DNA of 64,000 bases from Nemertoderma westbladi. Taxonomy: Eukaryota > Animalia > Xenacoelomorpha. Every line of letters begins with the position of its first letter. The stretch's first letter is position 1. The DNA is taken from assembly GCA_032718475.1 (NCBI GenBank), contig JAUCBJ010009150.1, positions 63,037 to 127,036 of the forward strand, in the 5' to 3' direction. This document shows, piece after piece, positions 1 to 10,200 of this stretch. The position numbers and the translations under genes were made by a program. The notes below the pieces were generated by a model. That model was given only the letters and a program-made list of their open reading frames with translations. It was not told the origin of the DNA and did no database searches.

Positions 1-415
1 TTGTAAAATGTCACTTTCAAATTGACATTTTGACATGTCATTTTGCCAAAATGTCATTTTCAAGTTGACATTTTGACATGTCATTTGCCAAAATGTCAAT
101 ATGTCAATATGCCACTTTCAAATTGACAGTTTGACATGTCATTTTGTCAAAATGTCACTTTCAAATTGACAGTTTGACATGTCATTTTGTCAAAATGTCA
201 CTTTCAAATTGACATTTTGACATGTCATTTTGCCAAATGTCATTTTCAAGTTGACATTTTGACATGTAATTTTGCCAAAATGTCACTTTCGAATTGACAT
301 TTTGACATGTCATTTTGCCAAAATGTCAATGTGTCAATATGTCACTTTCAAATTGACAGTTTGACATGTCATTTTGTCAAAATGTCACTTTCAAATTGAC
401 ATTTTGACATGTCAT
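1..415. repeat. ~43-bp palindrome-rich satellite (AATTGACATTTTGACATGTCATTTTGCCAAAATGTCACTTTCA and variants)
   Basis: Read directly; built from TGACA/TGTCA with the central palindrome TGACATGTCA. Other blocks at approximately 5582-6445, 11011-11874, 16645-17508, 21059-22396, 26003-27421, 36776-37609, 41203-42622, 46820-48231, 52109-53407, 57872-58157 and 63427-63712. Confidence 0.95.
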
Positions 416-420
416 ATTTT

Positions 421-1168
421 ATGAGATTTAAGGTATTTTTTCTTGAAAAAGCGAACATAACTTTTCTGAGTCCGTTTCTGTGACATTTAAAGAAAAGTTA
501 ACTTGTGATACTTCTTTTAGTGTTAAATTAACCGCAGATTCCAAATACAGTAACCGTTTTTACATATGATTTGTAGTTCTCGCGATATTTGGGTTCAAAC
601 ACAACGTTTTTTGATATTTTACGAAATTTAAGGTATTTTTTCTTGAAAAAGCAAACATAACTATATTCCAAGTCCGTTTCTGTAACATTTAGATAAAAGT
701 TAACTTGTGATACTTCTTTTAGTGTTAAATTAACCGCCGATTCCAAATACAGTAACCGTTTTTACATATGATTTGTAGTTCTCGCGATATTTGGGTTCAA
801 ACACAACATTTTTTGATATTTTACGAAATTTAAGGTATTTTTTCTTGAAAAAGCAGACATAACTATTCCCAGTCCGTTTCTGTAACATTTAGAGAAAAGT
901 TAACTTGTGATACTTCTTTTAGTGTTAAATTAAAAGCAGATTCCAAATACAGTAACCGTTTTTACTTATGATTTGTAGTTCTCGTGATATTTGGGTTCAA
1001 ACACAACGTTTTTTGATATTTTACGAAATTTAAGGTATTTTTTCTTGAAAAAGCAGACATAACTATTCCCAGTCCGTTTCTGTAACATTTAGAGAAAAGT
1101 TCACTTGCGATACTTCTTTTAGTGTTAAATTAAAAGCAGATTCCAAATACAGTAACCGTTTTTACTTA
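421..1168. repeat. 200-bp AT-rich tandem repeat (last copy truncated)
   Basis: AGGTATTTTTTCTTGAAAAA starts at 431, 631, 833 and 1033. Other blocks (copy number): 6451-6596 (1), 11880-12025 (1), 17514-17659 (1), 22402-22947 (3), 27427-28372 (5), 37615-38160 (3), 42628-43573 (5), 48237-48982 (4), 53413-53758 (2), 58163-59307 (6), 63718-64000 (>=2). Confidence 0.95.
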
Positions 1169-1712
1169 AATTGTAGATTTTGCAACAAAAATTAAAAAAA
1201 AATACGATTTGAGGGAATCACAACAAAACTTTTTAAGTTTAAAACAACCGGTTATGTTAAACATAACGGTAACGTATAACGGCATAACGTTACTAAAAAT
1301 AACTTCATTTTAATAACAAAATAAACGGATAAACAGATGAGTAACCAGAACCCGGTAGCACAAACATACAGATTAGTAACAGCAGTATCAACACCAGATT
1401 AGCACAAGACTTAATAAGTAAAATGAAAGCCGACTTCCACCACTGGGTACGAACCTATTGCTTAACGAAATGTCCCTATTTATAATCGAATATGGTGCGA
1501 GCCACAAAGTCTGTGAGCCATAGCATATAGTTGAATGTAGAGCATGCATGGGCCATTGTTAGTCCGTTGAATTGAGATTTAGAGGGAAAATCATATCATT
1601 AGCCAAAATGGAGCCTTCGCAAAACGTTTATCTAATGAACAATGTCTATTATTTGGCCTAGCTAGTACAACTGTATGCCACCGTTCACGGACCCCGCCAA
1701 CCCACCGAGTCC

Positions 1713-1865
1713 CTACAGATCTCCCTTGGGTTCCTCTTGGCCCTCGAAGTATCGTATCTTATCCTTGGGATTGGGGATTATGGTAGCGCTGCCCGGCTTC
1801 CAGTCGATCGGACAGACGTCCCCGTGCTGGTCCGTGTACTGGAAGGCCTGCACGAGACGCAGGGT
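1713..1865 (-). pseudogene. C-terminal 50-codon fragment of a typical 2-Cys peroxiredoxin (Prx4-like), unit 1
   Basis: [50 protein letters not shown] matches the Prx1/AhpC-family C-terminus ([30 protein letters not shown]). No peroxidatic FTFVCPTE region is seen in the unit. Confidence 0.85.
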
Positions 1866-1965
1866 CTGTAAGGGTCCGTAAGTCGTTCTCAACATTATTG
1901 TGGGAATCTGGGAAGCCCAAGTTCGCACGGCGTGGGTTCGTGGATGCCATAGCACGCGTCCCGAC

Positions 1966-1995
1966 CTGGAGAAAACAATTAAGTGAAAATACAAA
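1966..1995 (-). other. Putative 3' splice acceptor (branch-like CTTAAT, pyrimidine tract, CAG), present in every unit
   Basis: The - strand reads TTGTATTTTCACTTAATTGTTTTCTCCAG|GTCGGG, exactly at a sharp switch from AT-rich to GC-rich sequence. Confidence 0.6.
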
Positions 1996-2900
1996 TGAAC
2001 AGTGACAAGTTATTTAAAAATCTCATATAATTAAATATCAATTAAACATCAATAAACACAAACACATATTTAATAATAAACAAACACACCAACACTTATA
2101 TAATGTTGGAATGAATAATTACCCGTTGTAACAATAATTGCAAGCCAGACGTCCCAACACTTTAATAAATAATTCATTGCGAACGACTTGCTGGTAATGT
2201 TGTGAATAAACAGTAAATCTAAACTCTAAATAATCAATTGTAATTAAACTTTAAACCAGAGCGATTTTAAATAAGAAACTTTGTTAAACGTAACTTATAA
2301 TATATTCAGCTACTGAGGAAGCAGCGCTTATTATATATTGGTGTTGGTGTCTGTAATACAAAGCGAACAAATGTCTGGCCATTGACCTTGTGTCTTTGTG
2401 TGAAGCCGCGCTATCCAATAATAAGACGGTATAACAATTATTGGTTGTTCAAGCAAAGGCAATGTATACGTTAATGTATAATAATATGTTGCTTGGCGTG
2501 GGTGGCTGAGGCCTTGGCCTTGGTTGGTTAGTTTCCAGGGTGATATGTTCTAGAATATTAAATTATTTACCTTGAGTGAACCAAACCAACCACCCACACA
2601 ATGCTGAAGCACATTGTATCCCAGCCGTCCAGCCCAGCCCGTCTGGCGCCTCCTACAACACAATGCAAGCAGCTCAGCTCAATATTGCTTGAAAATTCTC
2701 TTGTAAATATTTCCCCCATCAATAAATAATTACACTTGAAATGCACTATAGAGGGGTGGGGAGGTGTTAGCGGTGTCGCCAGGCGATTCTAACTGTTTTT
2801 GGGGATCATTTCCTTAAAATATATTTTTTATGCTCTATCTCGTGGTGTCGGTTAGAACGCGCGAAAATGAAAATCGATGGTCATTTTTGAAAAAAATCGG

Positions 2901-3075
2901 AAGTTATTTCGATAAATTATGGCTAATTAACGGAAGGGCTTTTGTGTTGGCAATTTATTATTTAATACAGTTGAATATTTGGCTGAATTGAAGTTCATTA
3001 ACCCGGGTAATTAAATTGAAATAACAAGTTATTTTGCAAAATTATGGCTAATTTTGGGAAGGGCTTTTGGAATGG
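2901..3075. repeat. 125-bp tandem repeat (1 full plus a partial copy; 2 full plus a partial in units 4 and 8)
   Basis: AAGTTATTT...GGAAGGGCTTTTG starts at 2901 and 3026; at 19397, 19522 and 19647 in unit 4; at 45310, 45435 and 45560 in unit 8. Confidence 0.9.
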
Positions 3076-3115
3076 AAATCAAATTTAAATGAAAGGTGTT
3101 CTTAGGAGAATTTGA

Positions 3116-3562
3116 ATTAATAACGAGTGCCCTACATAACGGCGCAGTGCACTTAATAACGAGTGCACTACATAACGGCGCAGTGCACTTAATAACTAGT
3201 GCCCTACATAACAGCGCATTGCACTTAATAACGAGTGCACTACAAAACAGCGCAGTGCACTTAATAACGAGTGCACTACATAACGGCGCAGTGCATTTAA
3301 TAACTAGTGCCCTACATAACAGCGCATTGCACTTAATAACGAGTGCACTACATAACGGCGCAGTGCACTTAATAACGAGTGCACTACATAACGGCGCAGT
3401 GCACTTAATAACTAGTGCCCTACATAACAGCGCAGTGCACTTAATAACGAGTGCCCTACATAACGGCGCAGTGCACTTTATAACGGTGCAGTGCACTTGA
3501 TAAAGATGTAGTGCACTTCATAAAGGTGTTAGTAGTGCACTTCATAACGATGCAGTGCACTT
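3116..3562. repeat. 36-bp minisatellite TTAATAACGAGTGCACTACATAACGGCGCAGTGCAC with a degenerate ~20-bp tail
   Basis: 10 copies in units 1-3 (also 8544-8990, 13973-14419), 2 copies in units 4-9 (e.g. 19737-19895), 7 copies in units 10-11 (55712-56049, 61262-61599). It generates the LITSALHNGAVH and ALVIKCTAPLC repeat ORFs. Confidence 0.95.
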
Positions 3563-5581
3563 AATGTTATATGCTATATTTCATGTTATATGCTATAGTA
3601 CATGCTCTGCGATATGCTATATGGTATGGTATATGCTATGTTATGCTATATGCTATATTCTATAAGCTATATGTCATATGTTATATGTTATGCTATATGC
3701 AATGTCATGCTATATGTTATGGTATATACAATGTTATATGCTATATGTTGTTATATGCTATAGTACATGCTAAGCTTAATGCTATGCTATATGCAATTCT
3801 ATATGCTATGCTATATGTTATATGCTATAGTACATGCTAAGCTAAATGCTATGCTATATGCAATTCTATATGCTATGCTATATGTTATATGCTATATGTT
3901 ATGCTATATGCCACGTTATGCTATATGTCATATGCTATATGTTATATAGCCTATGCTATATGCTATATGTAATTCTATATGCTATGCTATATGTTATATG
4001 CTATAGTACATGCTAAGCTAAATGCTATGCTATATGCAATTCTATATGCTATGCTATATGTTATATGCTATATGTTATGCTATATGCCACGTTATGCTAT
4101 ATGCTATGCTATATGCTATAGGCTATGCTATCATATGTTATGGTATATACAATGTTATATGCTATATGTTGTTATATGCTATAGTACATGCTAAGCTTAA
4201 TGCTATGCTATATGCAATTCTATATGCTATGCTATATGTTATATGCTATAGTACATGCTAAGCTAAATGCTATGCTATATGCAATTCTATATGCTATGCT
4301 ATATGTTATATGCTATATGTTATGCTATATGCCACGTTATGCTATATGTCATATGCTATATGTTATATAGCCTATGCTATATGCTATATGTAATTCTATA
4401 TGCTATGCTATATGTTATATGCTATAGTACATGCTAAGCTATATGCTATGCTATATGCAATGCTATATGCTATGCTATATGTTATATGATATATGTTATG
4501 CTATATGCCACGTTATGATATATGCTATGCTATGCTATATGTCATATGCTATATGTTAAATGTTATGCTATATGCCATGTTATGTTATATGCTATAGTAC
4601 ATGCTAAGCTATATGCTCTATGCTATGCTATATGCTATATATCATATGCTATATGCTATGGCACATCCTATGCTATATGCTATATATCATATGCTATGCT
4701 ATGCTATGCTATGCTATACTATGCTATGCTATGGTGTGCTATGCTATGCTATGCTATTCTATGATATGCTATGCTATGCTATGCTATACTATGCTATATG
4801 CTATGGTACATCCTATGCTATATGCTATATGCAATATATCATATGCTATGCTATGCTATGCTATGCTATGCTATGCTATGCTATGCTATGCTATACTATA
4901 CTATGTTATGCTATGCTATGCTATGCTATGCTATGCTATGCTATGTTAAGCTATGATATGCTATGTTATGCTATGCTATGCTGTTCTATGATATGCTATG
5001 CTATGCTATGCTATATGCTATGGTACATCCTATGCTATATGCTATATGCAATATATCATATGCTATGCTATGCTATGCTATGCTATGCTATGCTATGCTA
5101 TGCTATGCTATACTATGCTATGCTATGCTATGCTATGCTATTCTATGATATGCTATGCTATGCTATATGCTATGGTACATCCTATGCTATATGCTATATG
5201 CAATATATCATATGCTATGCTATGCTATGCTATGCTATGCTATACTATGCTATACTATGTTATGCTATGCTATGCTATGCTATGCTATGCTATGTTAAGC
5301 TATGCTATGCTATGCTGTTCTATGATATGCTATGATATGCTATGCTATGCTATGCTATATGCTATGGTTCATCCTATGCTATATGCTATATGCAATATAT
5401 CATATGCTATGCTATGCTATGCTATGCTATGCTATGCTATGCTATGCTATGATATGCTATACTATGCTATGCTATGCTATGCTATGCTATGCTATGCTAT
5501 GCTATGCTATTGTATGCTATGATATGCTATGCTATGCTATGCTATGTTAAGCTATGATATGCTATGTTATGCTATGCTATG
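3563..5581. repeat. (GCTAT)n / (GCTATAT)n complex microsatellite
   Basis: Read directly. Other blocks at approximately 8991-11010, 14420-16644, 19896-21058, 25058-26002, 30484-36775 (interrupted by the retrotransposon), 40272-41202, 45809-46819, 51090-52108, 56050-57871 and 61600-63426. Source of all MLCYA-type ORFs. Confidence 0.97.
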
Positions 5582-7140
5582 TTTGTCAAAATGACATTTT
5601 GACATGTCATTTTGCAAAAATGTCACTTTCAAATTGACAGTTTGACATGTCATTTTGTCAAAATGTCACTTTCAAATTGACATTTTGACATGTCATTTTG
5701 CCAAATGTCATTTTCAAGTTGACATTTTGACATGTAATTTTGCCAAAATGTCACTTTCGAATTGACATTTTCACATGTCATTTTGCCAAAATGTCAATGT
5801 GTCAATATGTCACTTTCAAATTGACAGTTTGACATGTCATTTTGTAAAATGTCACTTTCAAATTGACATTTTGACATGTCATTTCGCCAAAATGTCACTT
5901 TCAAATTGACATTTTGACATGTCAATTTGCCAAAATGTCATTTTCAAGTTGACATTTTGACATGTCATTTTGTCAAAATGTCATTTTCAAATTGACATTT
6001 TGACATGTCATTTTGTCAAAATGTCATTTTGTCAAAATGTCATTTTCAAATTGACATTTTGACATGTCATTTTGCCAAAATGTCACTTTCGAATTGACAT
6101 TTTCACATGTCATTTTGCCAAAATGTCAATGTGTCAATATGTCACTTTCAAATTGACAGTTTGACATGTCATTTTGTAAAATGTCACTTTCAAATTGACA
6201 TTTTGACATGTCATTTGGCCAAAATGTCACTTTCAAATTGACATTTTGACATGTCATTTTGCCAAAATGTCATTTTCAAGTTGACATTTTGACATGTCAT
6301 TTTGCCAAAATGTCACTTTCGAATTGACATTTTCACATGTCATTTTGCCAAAATGTCAATGTGTCAATATGTCACTTTCAAATTGACAGTTTGACATGTC
6401 ATTTTGTCAAAATGTCATTTTCAAATTGACATTTTGACATGTCATATTTTATGAGATTTAAGGTATTTTTTCTTGAAAAAGCAGACATAACTATTCCCAG
6501 TCCGTTTCTGTAACATTTAGAGAAAAGTTCACTTGTGATACTTCTTTTAGTGTTAAATTAACAGCAGATTCCAAATACAGTAACCGTTTTTACTTAAATT
6601 GTAGATTTTGCAACAAAAATAAAAAAAAAATCTGATTTGAGAGAATCACAACAAAACTTTTTAAGTTTAAAACAACCGGTTATGTTAAACATAACGGTAA
6701 CGTATAACGGCATAACGGTACCAAAAATAACTTCATTTTAATAACAAAATAAACGGATAAACAGATGAGTAACCAGAACCCGGTAGCACAAACATACAGA
6801 TCAGTAACAGCAGTATCAACACCAGATTAGCACAAGACTTAATAAGTAAAATGAAAGCCGACTTCCACCACTGGGTACGAACCTATTGCTTAACGAAATG
6901 TCCCTATTTATAATCGAATATGGTGCGAGCCACAAAGTCTGTGAGCCATAGCATATAGTTGAATGTAGAGCATGCATGGGCCATTGTCAGTCCGTTGAAT
7001 TGAGATTTAGAGGGAAAATCATATCATTAGCCAAAATGGAGCCTTCGCAAAACGTTTATCTAATGAACAATGTCTATTATTTGGCCTAGCTAGTACAACT
7101 GTATGCCACCGTTCACGGACCCCGCCAACCCACCGAGTCC

Positions 7141-7293
7141 CTACAGATCTCCCTTGGGTTCCTCTTGGCCCTCGAAGTATCGTATCTTATCCTTGGGATT
7201 GGGGATTATGGTAGCGCTGCCCGGCTTCCAGTCGATCGGACAGACGTCCCCGTGCTGGTCCGTGTACTGGAAGGCCTGCACGAGACGCAGGGT
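7141..7293 (-). pseudogene. Peroxiredoxin C-terminal fragment, unit 2
   Basis: Same translation as unit 1. Confidence 0.85.
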
Positions 7294-10200
7294 CTGTAAG
7301 GGTCCGTAAGTCGTTCTCAACATTATTGTGGGAATCTGGGAAGCCCAAGTTCGCACGGCGTGGGTTCGTGGATGCCATAGCACGCGTCCCGACCTGGAGA
7401 AAACAATTAAGTGAAAATACAAATGAACAGTGACAAGTTATTTAAAAATCTCATATAATTAAATATCAATTAAACATCAATAAACACAAACACATATTTA
7501 ATAATAAACAAACACACCAACACTTATATAATGTTGGAATGAATAATTACCCGTTGTAACAATAATTGCAAGCCAGACGTCCCAACACTTTAATAAATAA
7601 TTCATTGCGAACGACTTGCTGGTAATGTTGTGAATAAACAGTAAATCTAAACTCTAAATAATCAATTGTAATTAAACTTTAAACCAGAGCGATTTTAAAT
7701 AAGAAACTTTGTTAAACGTAACTTATAATATATTCAGCTACTGAGGAAGCAGCGCTTATTATATATTGGTGTTGGTGTCTGTAATACAAAGCGAACAAAT
7801 GTCTGGCCATTGACCTTGTGTCTTTGTGTGAAGCCGCGCTATCCAATAATAAGACGGTATAACAATTATTGGTTGTTCAAGCAAAGGCAATGTATACGTT
7901 AATGTATAATAATATGTTGCTTGGCGTGGGTGGCTGAGGCCTTGGCCTTGGTTGGTTAGTTTCCAGGGTGATATGTTCTAGAATATTAAATTATTTACCT
8001 TGAGTGAACCAAACCAACCACCCACACAATGCTGAAGCACATTGTATCCCAGCCGTCCAGCCCAGCCCGTCTGGCGCCTCCTACAACACAATGCAAGCAG
8101 CTCAGCTCAATATTGCTTGAAAATTCTCTTGTAAATATTTCCCCCATCAATAAATAATTACACTTGAAATGCACTATAGAGGGGTGGGGAGGTGTTAGCG
8201 GTGTCGCCAGGCGATTCTAACTGTTTTTGGGGATCATTTCCTTAAAATATATTTTTTATGCTCTATCTCGTGGTGTCGGTTAGAACGCGCGAAAATGAAA
8301 ATCGATGGTCATTTTTGAAAAAAATCGGAAGTTATTTCGATAAATTATGGCTAATTAACGGAAGGGCTTTTGTGTTGGCAATTTATTATTTAATACAGTT
8401 GAATATTTGGCTGAATTGAAGTTCATTAACCCGGGTAATTAAATTGAAATAACAAGTTATTTTGCAAAATTATGGCTAATTTTGGGAAGGGCTTTTGGAA
8501 TGGAAATCAAATTTAAATGAAAGGTGTTCTTAGGAGAATTTGAATTAATAACGAGTGCCCTACATAACGGCGCAGTGCACTTAATAACGAGTGCACTACA
8601 TAACGGCGCAGTGCACTTAATAACTAGTGCCCTACATAACAGCGCATTGCACTTAATAACGAGTGCACTACAAAACAGCGCAGTGCACTTAATAACGAGT
8701 GCACTACATAACGGCGCAGTGCATTTAATAACTAGTGCCCTACATAACAGCGCATTGCACTTAATAACGAGTGCACTACATAACGGCGCAGTGCACTTAA
8801 TAACGAGTGCACTACATAACGGCGCAGTGCACTTAATAACTAGTGCCCTACATAACAGCGCAGTGCACTTAATAACGAGTGCCCTACATAACGGCGCAGT
8901 GCACTTTATAACGGTGCAGTGCACTTGATAAAGATGTAGTGCACTTCATAAAGGTGTTAGTAGTGCACTTCATAACGATGCAGTGCACTTAATGTTATAT
9001 GCTATATTTCATGTTATATGCTATAGTACATGCTCTGCGATATGCTATATGGTATGGTATATGCTATGTTATGCTATATGCTATATTCTATAAGCTATAT
9101 GTCATATGTTATATGTTATGCTATATGCAATGTCATGCTATATGTTATGGTATATACAATGTTATATGCTATATGTTGTTATATGCTATAGTACATGCTA
9201 AGCTTAATGCTATGCTATATGCAATTCTATATGCTATGCTATATGTTATATGCTATAGTACATGCTAAGCTAAATGCTATGCTATATGCAATTCTATATG
9301 CTATGCTATATGTTATATGCTATATGTTATGCTATATGCCACGTTATGCTATATGTCATATGCTATATGTTATATAGCCTATGCTATATGCTATATGTAA
9401 TTCTATATGCTATGCTATATGTTATATGCTATAGTACATGCTAAGCTAAATGCTATGCTATATGCAATTCTATATGCTATGCTATATGTTATATGCTATA
9501 TGTTATGCTATATGCCACGTTATGCTATATGCTATGCTATATGCTATAGGCTATGCTATCATATGTTATGGTATATACAATGTTATATGCTATATGTTGT
9601 TATATGCTATAGTACATGCTAAGCTTAATGCTATGCTATATGCAATTCTATATGCTATGCTATATGTTATATGCTATAGTACATGCTAAGCTAAATGCTA
9701 TGCTATATGCAATTCTATATGCTATGCTATATGTTATATGCTATATGTTATGCTATATGCCACGTTATGCTATATGTCATATGCTATATGTTATATAGCC
9801 TATGCTATATGCTATATGTAATTCTATATGCTATGCTATATGTTATATGCTATAGTACATGCTAAGCTATATGCTATGCTATATGCAATGCTATATGCTA
9901 TGCTATATGTTATATGATATATGTTATGCTATATGCCACGTTATGATATATGCTATGCTATGCTATATGTCATATGCTATATGTTAAATGTTATGCTATA
10001 TGCCATGTTATGTTATATGCTATAGTACATGCTAAGCTATATGCTCTATGCTATGCTATATGCTATATATCATATGCTATATGCTATGGCACATCCTATG
10101 CTATATGCTATATATCATATGCTATGCTATGCTATGCTATGCTATACTATGCTATGCTATGGTGATGCTATGCTATGCTATGCTATTCTATGATATGCTA

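Noticed and set aside
1675-1881. 68-aa plus-strand ORF MPPFTDP...
   Set aside because: Antisense shadow of the GC-rich Prx fragment with no recognisable motif.
1713-1994. Complete 93-aa peroxiredoxin gene
   Set aside because: The TTG start lies in intron-like sequence, the first 43 aa are not clearly Prx-like, and the peroxidatic Cys domain is missing.
2312-2380. Hammerhead ribozyme core (CTGAGGA)
   Set aside because: No stem II followed by GAAA and no stem III or cleavage triplet could be built.
1169-2900. rDNA, 5S, snRNA, histone or spliced-leader tandem gene array
   Set aside because: No recognisable rRNA, tRNA, snRNA or histone sequence in the core by eye. An Rfam/Infernal scan would be needed to exclude a divergent small RNA.
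3116-3480. CRISPR-like 36-bp repeats
   Set aside because: Repeats are contiguous with no unique spacers, there are no cas genes, and the context is eukaryotic.
3029-3500. LITSALHNGAVH and ALVIKCTAPLC repeat proteins (ankyrin-like or Cys-rich appearance)
   Set aside because: By-product of a 36-bp repeat (a multiple of 3), with non-ATG starts, open on both strands, and collapsed to 2 copies in units 4-9.
3571-5550. Numerous MLCYA-repeat ORFs (here and in every unit)
   Set aside because: They are translations of (GCTAT)n, which lacks stops on the + strand. Frames and lengths differ between near-identical units.
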